Assembly (NCBI GenBank): GCA_045600085.1
Contig: JAZRXF010000094.1
Coordinates: 6,111 to 70,110 of the forward strand
Length of the DNA stretch: 64,000 bases
Source of the DNA: Lachnospiraceae bacterium
GTDB taxonomy: Bacteria; Bacillota; Clostridia; Lachnospirales; Lachnospiraceae
Direction of reading: 5' to 3'
The notes beneath the pieces are model-generated. The model saw only the letters and a program-made list of their open reading frames with translations, was not told where the DNA came from and made no database searches. Below are positions 54,077 through 62,998 of this stretch, in pieces; within the stretch, counting starts at the first letter, position 1; each line of letters begins with the position of its first letter. A program made the translations under genes and the position numbers.

Positions 54077-55024
54077 TTAGAATTCAAATGATTTTCCATC
54101 TTTAAATGTAATACTTGCAATAGAGTCATTTTTGATGATGACTGTATATCCATATGATGAATCTGTAGGTACAAACGAAGTAATAGTCTTTGTTCCGTTA
54201 TCTGTTTCAGTCTGTATAACTCCAGATTCTGTGGAAAATACAAAATTATCATAATAACTGCTTGTCAAATTGGACTTAAGTAAATCAAGCTGAGCCTGTG
54301 AATATGTTTCACTCAAAATGTTTGCATTGGTATATACTGGACTGCCATATGTATATGCGCCTGACAAGAATACATTTGCTCCTAAGCCCATTTCTCCGGA
54401 CTCTGCTGTCGCATACACATTGACATTGCCATTCTCAAGAATAAATGCAACATACTGTGTTTCTGAAACATATTCATCTACCTTACATACTGCAAAATTT
54501 TCTGATACAAAATATGCATGTCCATTAAGCTCTCCTGAATGGAAATAATACTGAGCTTCTATACTAAAATCAAAACCATCATCGGTCACTGAGCTTATCT
54601 TAACAGTTGCTGGTAATGAGCTGTGGACATCTGTCCTATGCCACTCTCCAGCTATCTCTGGCGTATTATCACAAGTAGCTTTCATAGTAAAAAGCTTTTC
54701 AAATGATGCTTTTTCACTACTATTTTTTATAGCTGTTATCAAACCTGATAAATCAGCTGTGTTATCTGCCTCGTCAGCAGCATCACTTGTATCTTCATTA
54801 TTCGTTGTAGCTACGACTTCACTATTGGTTGAGGTGGTATTAGTGGTAGCTTCATCAGCTGCGCCAACCGTATCAGCCTCTTGGCTCGAATTACCCTTGT
54901 CACTAGAAAGATCCAGACTAACTGTTTCGATGGCATTGTCTGACGAAACTTCACTACCCACTTCATTTCCTGTGCAGCCTACTAATGCTGCAGCAATAAT
55001 ACAACATACTAATAATTTTTTCAT
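54077..55024 (-). CDS. lipoprotein, function unknown
   Basis: MKKLLVCCIIAAALVGC is a lipobox. It is followed by an S/T/D/A/N-rich low-complexity linker and a beta-rich C-terminal domain. Confidence 0.65.
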   Translation of the reverse strand: MKKLLVCCIIAAALVGCTGNEVGSEVSSDNAIETVSLDLSSDKGNSSQEADTVGAADEATTNTTSTNSEVVATTNNEDTSDAADEADNTADLSGLITAIKNSSEKASFEKLFTMKATCDNTPEIAGEWHRTDVHSSLPATVKISSVTDDGFDFSIEAQYYFHSGELNGHAYFVSENFAVCKVDEYVSETQYVAFILENGNVNVYATAESGEMGLGANVFLSGAYTYGSPVYTNANILSETYSQAQLDLLKSNLTSSYYDNFVFSTESGVIQTETDNGTKTITSFVPTDSSYGYTVIIKNDSIASITFKDGKSFEF

Positions 55025-55092
55025 AACTAGCGTTATCTCCCCTTTTTTTGTTTTACGCCCCATTATATAACATATTATTAGTTTAGTCTAAA

Positions 55093-56496
55093 TTATTTAT
55101 CCATCCAACCAGCTTCCGGGAACTCGAACTGCGATTTGTTAGTAACATAGTATTCTCCAAACTTCACAAATACATCGTCGCCAAATGCTCCCTTTAATGC
55201 TGCAGCCTCTTCATCTATGGTAATATCCATTATATTTCTAGCAGTATTACGTAGCTCAGTTATATAGTCCTTGTAAAAACCATCACCATATGTATCTGCA
55301 AGATATGTCATGAGATATGATCCATACTGATATTCTTTAACTCTTGTATGGTCATCCTGATAGTCATTAAGATACAATGCTTCAGCAGTGTTACCATTCA
55401 AATTATCTGCTATTGTTCCCTGACCTCCACGACAATCCATATATCCAATGGCATACTCATCCTTCATCTGGTTCGCTACCTGCACAGCCTGATATGTAGC
55501 TATACCTTCCATTGAAATCTTACCGCAATTGTCCACATACTTATATGTGAGTACATGCATAAGCTCATGTGCCAAGGTATTAATCGATACAATATTTCCC
55601 TCTTCATCAAAGATATCATCCACGATAAATAACGCAGCATTGGGACAGGCTACAGAAATTAATCCTTCATTATCTTTATCAGCAAAAAAATATACATTAA
55701 CCTTATCATTATAAATATTAACCGCTTCCCATGGGTTGGTTCCAAAGTAAAGCTCGCTGAAACCGCCAGTTGTGTTTGTTACGTTTCCTTCCTCATAATA
55801 TTTAAGACCTGTATTATCTTCTAGCTGTTTCATAATATCATTAATGACAGTTCCTATATTGGACTCAACGTTAATGTCTTTGTCAAAATATATATAACAT
55901 AAATCTGTTTCGATATAAGAATAATCATCTATATGAGCAATTTCACCTTTATTACCACTTAATACTAAAGGCGCAGGTGTCGCCATTCTTTCGCCTATCA
56001 CTAAGACCAGCTCATCTTTGGCCATTGATTTAATTGTTATTTCTCTAGCAGGAGAGATATTTGAAATAAGCGAGTAATCCTCTTCTATTCCCCATGATTC
56101 ACGATCTTCGTCAGATGTACTAAAATAAATAAGATTCTCACCAACATAATCACCATCAACATAAGTAAGCTCTGCTCTGTATACATCTCTTTCAGCGATA
56201 TGACTGCACTCTACAAGACCTATAACAAAATCATCGTCGCCTTCGACCATCAGCTGATCACCTGGTTTAATAGTGATTTCTTCACCTTCCCTAGCAATTA
56301 TCCCATCAAATACTACCACTCCTGGCAATACTTCATTCTCTGAAACCACTTCACTTGTTTCAACAGTTTCCTGAACTATGGCCTTCTCCTCGCTATTTTG
56401 CACCTGCTGATTGGCATTATCATTATTTGCGCAACCTGTAAAAACTGCTGATAACGCTATAATAGCCAAAATACATAACAATTCCTTTTTCTTCAT
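55093..56496 (-). CDS. lipoprotein with a HEXXH zinc-metallopeptidase-like motif
   Basis: MKKKELLCILAIIALSAVFTGC is a lipobox, and TLAHELMHVLTY contains a HEXXH motif. I recognise no family. Confidence 0.6.
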   Translation of the reverse strand: MKKKELLCILAIIALSAVFTGCANNDNANQQVQNSEEKAIVQETVETSEVVSENEVLPGVVVFDGIIAREGEEITIKPGDQLMVEGDDDFVIGLVECSHIAERDVYRAELTYVDGDYVGENLIYFSTSDEDRESWGIEEDYSLISNISPAREITIKSMAKDELVLVIGERMATPAPLVLSGNKGEIAHIDDYSYIETDLCYIYFDKDINVESNIGTVINDIMKQLEDNTGLKYYEEGNVTNTTGGFSELYFGTNPWEAVNIYNDKVNVYFFADKDNEGLISVACPNAALFIVDDIFDEEGNIVSINTLAHELMHVLTYKYVDNCGKISMEGIATYQAVQVANQMKDEYAIGYMDCRGGQGTIADNLNGNTAEALYLNDYQDDHTRVKEYQYGSYLMTYLADTYGDGFYKDYITELRNTARNIMDITIDEEAAALKGAFGDDVFVKFGEYYVTNKSQFEFPEAGWMDK

Positions 56497-56793
56497 GATA
56501 ATAAATACCCCTTTCACAATAATAAATCCTTTTCAATAAATTTCTATAAAACGAATTATATGTACTGTCTCTCATTAGCACGATAGTAAATACTTCACAT
56601 TAGTATCTATTAACGTTGATAAAAGGCAATCAGAGACTTATATCGCACCATCTTAGTATCAAACCACTACTTATTTGTACACTTAGTATAGTTTTGCAAC
56701 TAAGCAACTAGTATTATTTATTTATATTGTGCATTTTCATATACGAACTATATTGTATAATATGATCTATCATTTATGAAAAGGGGATAAATA

Positions 56794-57285
56794 ATGGAAA
56801 AAATATGGTCTGTTAATGTTGAGGGAATCACATACAATGTTGAATACAAAAAGAATAAAGTATATATCGATGGTGTTCACCTCAAACCACTAAAAAAAGC
56901 CAAAGGCGGTAACTATTTGGAGTCTGCTTTTGAAGTGCCACTTGGAAATGTTATGGCTGTTATCTATGTTCCTGGTACAAGAGGACATGAACCAGTACTT
57001 ACTATTAATGGTTATGATGTTCTTACAAATCAACCATATGAGCCAGTTAAAGCTCCTAAGTGGGTTTGGGCATTTGCTGTTCTTTATATAGTAAACTTTG
57101 CTCTATTTTTAGGCGGTGCTCTTGGTGGTGCACTTAATGCTTTCCTGTTCTTTATTACAGCTAATATGTCTGCGAGATCAAAAATGCCAACTATTGCTAA
57201 AGTATTAATTTCTATTGGCATTTGGGTCGTTTCAGCAGTTATAGAAGCCTTTATTGCTATGGCTATTGTTAGCGCACTTCAATAA
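56794..57285 (+). CDS. membrane protein, function unknown
   Basis: 163 aa with a soluble beta-rich N-terminal half and 3 C-terminal TM helices. GGGGA lies upstream of the ATG. Confidence 0.6.
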   Translation: MEKIWSVNVEGITYNVEYKKNKVYIDGVHLKPLKKAKGGNYLESAFEVPLGNVMAVIYVPGTRGHEPVLTINGYDVLTNQPYEPVKAPKWVWAFAVLYIVNFALFLGGALGGALNAFLFFITANMSARSKMPTIAKVLISIGIWVVSAVIEAFIAMAIVSALQ

Positions 57286-57296
57286 TTCTACTAACT

Positions 57297-57332
57297 CAAA
57301 AATGGCGCTCCTTTTGGAACGCCATTTTTTTA
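57297..57332. terminator. bidirectional intrinsic terminator between convergent genes
   Basis: AAAAATGGCGCTCC-TTTT-GGAACGCCATTTTTTT. Confidence 0.7.
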
Positions 57333-57344
57333 TACGCTTCATAA

Positions 57345-59039
57345 TTAATTCAATTCGTTATAATAAAACTCTTCTAACTTGGTTCTTGAAGCTATAAAGT
57401 ATTTTTCGAGTCTTTGATCAAATTGTTTTCCCATACCATCTTCAATGATATTATAGGCCTCTTCAAAGCTCATACTTTCTTTATAACACCTCTTACTTAC
57501 TAAGGCATCATATACATCGGCAATTGCCATGATACGAGCTTCTATTGGTATTTCTTCACTCTTTAATCCCTTTGGGTAGCCTGTTCCATCTACACGCTCA
57601 TGGTGATAATGCGCTACATTTTCAGCAATCTCGGCAAAATAATCATCGTCAATATTCTGTAAAAGATTTCGAACTATTGCTGCACCCTTCTCGGCATGAG
57701 TTTTCATAATTGCAAATTCTTCATCAGTAAATTTACCTGGCTTTCGAAGTATATCATCATCTACAGCTATCTTACCAAGATCATGCATTGGCGCTGCTTT
57801 TATAAGAGCATCACAAAATTCATCACTTAGTCCTAGTTCATTTTCTTCCTTGATTGCTGAAACCAATATTTCTACTATCTTACTGGTTCTCTTTATATGA
57901 CCACCAGTAGAGTTATCTCTGTTTTCAACCATATCGGCCATGCCAAGCACCAGTCTATTCTGCATCTCTTCTATGTGCTTAACATTCTTTGCAACCTCTC
58001 TCTTTAGATCATCATTATACTGAGTTAACAAGTCCTTATACTTCTGTTCATCAGTATAATCAGTAATAGTAAATCGAATACATATGGCTTTTAGTCTTCT
58101 ATATAACAATCCAACTTCTATTTTAAAAATATAGTCATCTTTTTTATAGTAAAAGTCCTGATTAGTATTACTACTACGAACACTACTCATCCATTCATCA
58201 AGCCTTGCATACATTTCATTTTCATCTATCGGAAGCTCTCTATCAACTTTTAACTCTTTCATTTGTGGAAACCATTCTGCCGCCAAAGCATTGCACCCAA
58301 GGTATTTTCCATTTTGAGTGAAAAGTAAACATCCCATTTCCCCCGCATTTAGAATTGCATCGATAACTGTCCCATCCACATCATACAATGACAATCTCTG
58401 TAATATAACTAAAATCACCACTTGCGCAAAAACATATGATACAGATGTTAATTGAATTGCAGCTGGCATAAATCTCTGAATGAAATAAACTGCTACTGTA
58501 ATAAATTCAAGCATAAAAATTAGAGATATATTTTTTACAGAAGCCTCTTTTCTTTTTGTATATCCTATCCACAATACAGCAAAAGTTATTAGTGTATATA
58601 TAATAATCATAACATAAAAACATGTATGTGCAGGACCATATTCTTTTTCTATAATAGAAATGTTGTCCCAGCTAGTCAGGTTAGCACTTTTATATAACCA
58701 ATGAAGTTTATTATCCATCAATACAATAATATATAAAAGAAATCCCGGAATAACTGCAATTACTTTCCGCATTTTTGATATTTCAATTCGACAAAGAGAA
58801 AGAGTGCAGAATAATATGCATACAGGTAAAAAACAACCTCCTACATATGAGAGGGCATTGGCGAAAATTGCCATCTCTAAGGTAGTTGCAAGCGAACGAT
58901 ATAAGGCACCCATATTAGATATTGTTGCCAATATCATTATATATCCATACATCACACTAACATTTCTATTTTTCATAAAGAAAAAAGATATCAGACATAT
59001 AACAGATACTAGGAATGTTAATTCATAATATACGATCAT
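57345..59039 (-). CDS. HD-GYP-domain protein with an N-terminal 7TM sensor module (probable c-di-GMP phosphodiesterase)
   Basis: About 7 N-terminal TM helices and a PAS-like middle region. The C-terminus has PMHDLGKI and HHERVDGTGYP. Confidence 0.85.
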   Translation of the reverse strand: MIVYYELTFLVSVICLISFFFMKNRNVSVMYGYIMILATISNMGALYRSLATTLEMAIFANALSYVGGCFLPVCILFCTLSLCRIEISKMRKVIAVIPGFLLYIIVLMDNKLHWLYKSANLTSWDNISIIEKEYGPAHTCFYVMIIIYTLITFAVLWIGYTKRKEASVKNISLIFMLEFITVAVYFIQRFMPAAIQLTSVSYVFAQVVILVILQRLSLYDVDGTVIDAILNAGEMGCLLFTQNGKYLGCNALAAEWFPQMKELKVDRELPIDENEMYARLDEWMSSVRSSNTNQDFYYKKDDYIFKIEVGLLYRRLKAICIRFTITDYTDEQKYKDLLTQYNDDLKREVAKNVKHIEEMQNRLVLGMADMVENRDNSTGGHIKRTSKIVEILVSAIKEENELGLSDEFCDALIKAAPMHDLGKIAVDDDILRKPGKFTDEEFAIMKTHAEKGAAIVRNLLQNIDDDYFAEIAENVAHYHHERVDGTGYPKGLKSEEIPIEARIMAIADVYDALVSKRCYKESMSFEEAYNIIEDGMGKQFDQRLEKYFIASRTKLEEFYYNELN

Positions 59040-59065
59040 TGTAATCCTCCAAACTTCCTTTACTA

Positions 59066-60466
59066 TTACTGTTTAACCAAAAGTGCGACACTTTCACAAT
59101 GAATTGTTTGTGGAAACATGTCGCAGGCTCTTGCCTTAATTAGCTTATATCCATTACTCTCTAAATATTTTATATCACGAGCAAGTGTTGCGCTATCACA
59201 ACTGACATAAACTATTTTCTCAGGGCTGGCTCCTACAACAATACGAAGAGCCTCTTCCTCCATGCCTTTACGTGGCGGATCTAATATAATCACATCAGCA
59301 TTTATTTTATCCTTATTGGCTGGTAAATATTCTTCAGCTGCTGCACATACAAAATCCACATTTGTTATTCCATTAACATCAGCATTCTTCCTAGCATCAT
59401 CTATAGCCTGCGGTACTATTTCAAGTCCATGAACAAAGCATTTATCGGTGCTTATACCCTTTTCTAACTGCTTGTCTTTCATCCTTTTTGCTGCGCACAA
59501 AGTAATAGTACCTATTCCACAGCATATATCCCATACCTCTTCATCACCCTGTAAGTCTGCATAATCAAGGGCTATAGTATAAAGCTTTTCTACTTGAACC
59601 GGATTAACCTGATAAAACGATAGTGGCGAAATAGAAAATGTTAGTCCTAGTAAAGTATCTTCAATAGTATCCTTACCATATATGGTTTTATAGTTATCAC
59701 CCATGATAACATTGGTGTTCTTCTTGTTTATACTAATTGATATGCTCACAACATTTTTATCAACTGTAAGAGCACTAATAAGTTTATTGGCAGATGGGAG
59801 TTTATCACCATTTATGACTAAGCATACCATTAATTCGCCGGTATGATATCCCTTACGGATAAGTACATGACGAATAAGCCCCTTTCCTGTTTCTTCATCG
59901 TAAGCGGCAACTCCTTCAGACTTCATGTAATCTAAAATCTGTTCAAGAATCATCTTGTTCTCATCGGCACCTAGAGAGCAGTTTGTATTGGCTATGATAG
60001 AATGTGTTCTTCCTGCATAAAATCCGCATATCGGATTACCGTCCTTATCAGTTCCAAATGGAAACTGAGCTTTATTTCGATAAAAAAACGGATTCTCGGC
60101 ACCAACTATTGGTTCCATTATACTGTCCAAATAATCGGAATCTATACCACCTATTCGTATCAAGTTGTTACGCACCTTGTTATGCTTGAATTCAAGCTGC
60201 TTATTATATGACATTTGTTGCAATTGACATCCACCACAGCTTTTGGCGTACTCACACTTTGGTTGCTCACGAAAAGAAGAGGGCTTTATAACCCTCTCCA
60301 CTCTTGCATAACCATAGTTTTTCTTGATCTTAATCACCTTGGCTTCAACAATATCTCCTGGTACAGTATCCTTAATGAAAAGCGTAAATCCATCTACCTT
60401 ACCTATTCCATTTCCATCTGTACCAAGATCAACTATCTCTAAAGTAGCCATGTCATTTTTATTCAT
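59066..60466 (-). CDS. rlmD: 23S rRNA (uracil-C5)-methyltransferase RlmD/RumA family
   Basis: TRAM-like N-terminus (GNGIGKVDGFTLFIKDTVPGD), Fe-S Cys cluster CEYAKSCGGCQLQ, and SAM and catalytic motifs DICCGIGT, ILDPPRKG and VYVSC. The ATG at 60466 (or 60451) is preferred, and the ORF-track extension to 60586 overlaps yhaM. Confidence 0.88.
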   Translation of the reverse strand: MNKNDMATLEIVDLGTDGNGIGKVDGFTLFIKDTVPGDIVEAKVIKIKKNYGYARVERVIKPSSFREQPKCEYAKSCGGCQLQQMSYNKQLEFKHNKVRNNLIRIGGIDSDYLDSIMEPIVGAENPFFYRNKAQFPFGTDKDGNPICGFYAGRTHSIIANTNCSLGADENKMILEQILDYMKSEGVAAYDEETGKGLIRHVLIRKGYHTGELMVCLVINGDKLPSANKLISALTVDKNVVSISISINKKNTNVIMGDNYKTIYGKDTIEDTLLGLTFSISPLSFYQVNPVQVEKLYTIALDYADLQGDEEVWDICCGIGTITLCAAKRMKDKQLEKGISTDKCFVHGLEIVPQAIDDARKNADVNGITNVDFVCAAAEEYLPANKDKINADVIILDPPRKGMEEEALRIVVGASPEKIVYVSCDSATLARDIKYLESNGYKLIKARACDMFPQTIHCESVALLVKQ

Positions 60467-61403
60467 TCGGTGTACTCTTTCTAAAATTCGAATCCAGGAA
60501 TTTATCGAATCCCATCCATCCATCCACAGTATTATTTTTAAATTGCTCTGATATGTGCTCCATTTTAGCATCAGTATTGTCTGCAAAATTGAGAGCTACT
60601 GCTTCCATAATAGCAGGTTTTTTTGGCGAACCATACTCATACTCACCATGGTGAGCAAGTATACAATGCTGTAGTTCATGCTTTACAGATGTTGGGAAGC
60701 CCTCTATTTTATCTGCTGCCTCGCCAATCATCTGACATCCAATCACAATATGACCTAGAAGCTGACCTTCATCCGTGTAATCATTGGTTGGGAACAAAGA
60801 TAATTCCCTTAGCTTTCCTATATCATGAAGCATTGCCGCTGCAAGTAACAAATCTCTATTAAGCATTGGATAAAGTAGAGTGTACATATCACAAAGCTTA
60901 GTTACCCCAAGTGTATGCTCAAGTAATCCACCAATAAATCCATGATGTACAGTCTTAGCAGCCGATGACTTCTTGAATTTATCAGCTGTTTCTTCATCGC
61001 GGAAAAATGAATTAAGAAGCTCTTTAAGATACGAACTTTTAATACTATCTAATATAGACAAAAGTTCCGCGTACATATCATCAACATTTTTATCGGTAAC
61101 AGGGAAATAATCTGCTGCGTTATATTCACCCTCTTCTGCTCGCCTTACATTAGTAAGTCTTGCCTGCTTGGCATTATTGAACATAACGACATCGCCGTAT
61201 ACATCGACAAAATCACCTGCTTCAAATTCTCTTATTCCAGGACTATAAGGATCCCATATCTTAGCATCGATAGAGCCTGTTTTATCCTGTAAGATCACTG
61301 AATCATATGGCTTTCCATTCTTTGTTACTGTAGAAGTCTTTTGCTTACACAAATACACTCCCTGTATATTATTGCCTTCTCCAAGGTCACCTATAAATCG
61401 CAT
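60459..61403 (-). CDS. yhaM: 3'-5' exoribonuclease YhaM (OB-fold plus HD domain)
   Basis: OB-fold region NIQGVYLCKQKTSTVTKNGKPYDSVILQDKTGSIDAKIW, plus HD motifs GGLLEHTL, MLHDIGK and ILAHHG. Confidence 0.85.
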   Translation of the reverse strand: MRFIGDLGEGNNIQGVYLCKQKTSTVTKNGKPYDSVILQDKTGSIDAKIWDPYSPGIREFEAGDFVDVYGDVVMFNNAKQARLTNVRRAEEGEYNAADYFPVTDKNVDDMYAELLSILDSIKSSYLKELLNSFFRDEETADKFKKSSAAKTVHHGFIGGLLEHTLGVTKLCDMYTLLYPMLNRDLLLAAAMLHDIGKLRELSLFPTNDYTDEGQLLGHIVIGCQMIGEAADKIEGFPTSVKHELQHCILAHHGEYEYGSPKKPAIMEAVALNFADNTDAKMEHISEQFKNNTVDGWMGFDKFLDSNFRKSTPNE

Positions 61404-61477
61404 TTCTAGTCCTTCTTTCTTTTTTAACTTATTTTTATTTTAAATGTTAACTGATGTACGTATCTCTTCCCTTAAAA

Positions 61478-62893
61478 TTAGTTTTCGTATTCACCAGTAA
61501 CAATATTAAGACTTATCTCCTTATATTCACCTGCACTATAACGCATTACGGTTATCGTAAGCTCTGTATCAGGTGGATAATTTCGTAGACACTGAGTATA
61601 TACATTAACATTATTAATGCTAATATCACCAACACCAACAATTACATCACCTGCAACAATTCCCACATTCATGGCTGGAGAATTGTTGGATACTCGTGTG
61701 ACATAAGCGCCCATAGGAACACCTAGGTTAGCCTTCGCTTCTTCTGTAACATCTAATACATATACACCAACATAGCTCATACCAACATCATTAGCCATAT
61801 CCTCTATAAGATTTTTTATAGAACTAATACCATAGGCGTAAGCAAGATTTTGTAATCCATCCGGGTGTCCATCTGCAGTAATAACTCCAACTATCTGTCC
61901 ACGAACATTAACCAAAAAACCCTGTGCCTGCTTATCTGCATATATATCCGTCGTTAGTAGCTGATATGACGCATCTATTTTTTGAAGTATATTATCCGTA
62001 CTGGTAATCACTCCAAAACATACAGAGCTGCCATAGTTCATTGGATTACCAACTGCTATAACAGGACTACCATTCAATGTTGTCGATAAAGATGATCCAA
62101 GTGTGGCATAGGTATATTCCGACATCGTTGATGCTTTTATATCAGACATCTTTATCGCATATATAGCAAGCTTAGTTTCTGGATCCAATCTTTTTATGGT
62201 TGCATCCGCTGTATCATCATTGCAAAACTTAGCACTAAGATTTTCAAATCTATCAATCTTGGTACTATCAGCTAATACAAGAAGTTCGTATCCGTTGTCA
62301 CCTACTATAAGCCCAGATGCAGAAACGGAATTCATATTTATTTCCCCTGTATCTGAAATGCTTGGCTTTTCATAAAGAGTTACCATACTCTTATTGACTT
62401 CAAGCGATAAAACATATAACTGACGATACAGAAGTCGATAGTCTTCTAGTCCCAGCTCCTGCTTATCCACAATGGTTATTTGATTTCCACTTACAGCTGG
62501 TGTACCTATAATAGAAGGCATATCAGCATCGGTAAGCGACATATCAGCAATAGGTGTCTCTTCGTAGCTGGCATCATCTATTGGCTGATCGTTAATAAAT
62601 ACCTTGATATCTTCATTGTCATCAGAAACTTCCTCTGACAGTTCCACATGCTCCAGAATAATTTCATCGCCATGATCAACCATCTTACTGAACACTGGCT
62701 CGAGCATAATAAATGTGAAGCAAGCTACAAGTCCAAAAAGAATGGCAAGACTTACTGTAAGAAGCATTTTACGAACAAGCTTCTTCTTATTAACTGGTCT
62801 GTCTTTTATTTTTTCCTGTATAAAATTGTAGTCTGAACCCTGCAAAAGCTTGGCTTCAAGGTCCATTGACTCTTCACTTGTTTTATCTTCCAT
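61478..62893 (-). CDS. membrane-anchored HtrA-like (trypsin-fold plus PDZ) protein, catalytic triad apparently degenerate
   Basis: TM helix MLLTVSLAILFGLVACFTFIML. The trypsin-fold pattern is SASGLIVGDNGYELLVLADS...VIAVGNPMNYGSSVCFGVITS...LLTTDIYADKQAQGFLVNVRGQIVGVIT. The PDZ-like region is GAYVTRVSNNSPAMNVGIVAGDVIVGVGD. The GNSGG serine motif is not present. Confidence 0.7.
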   Translation of the reverse strand: MEDKTSEESMDLEAKLLQGSDYNFIQEKIKDRPVNKKKLVRKMLLTVSLAILFGLVACFTFIMLEPVFSKMVDHGDEIILEHVELSEEVSDDNEDIKVFINDQPIDDASYEETPIADMSLTDADMPSIIGTPAVSGNQITIVDKQELGLEDYRLLYRQLYVLSLEVNKSMVTLYEKPSISDTGEINMNSVSASGLIVGDNGYELLVLADSTKIDRFENLSAKFCNDDTADATIKRLDPETKLAIYAIKMSDIKASTMSEYTYATLGSSLSTTLNGSPVIAVGNPMNYGSSVCFGVITSTDNILQKIDASYQLLTTDIYADKQAQGFLVNVRGQIVGVITADGHPDGLQNLAYAYGISSIKNLIEDMANDVGMSYVGVYVLDVTEEAKANLGVPMGAYVTRVSNNSPAMNVGIVAGDVIVGVGDISINNVNVYTQCLRNYPPDTELTITVMRYSAGEYKEISLNIVTGEYEN

Positions 62894-62998
62894 ATTTCCT
62901 CTAATATTATTAAAAACTGTTTTCTTTATACTACTCGTATATATATCGCTATCTTATTATTGTAACATTATTGACCTAAATATGCTAAAATATTTGAT

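Noticed and set aside
44551-56709. Recurrence of AGCAACTA in both the degV/tetR region and the 56.7-kb intergenic region, as a possible shared regulator motif.
   Set aside because: An 8-mer is expected to occur a few times by chance in 64 kb of AT-rich DNA. The flanking sequences are not similar between the two loci.
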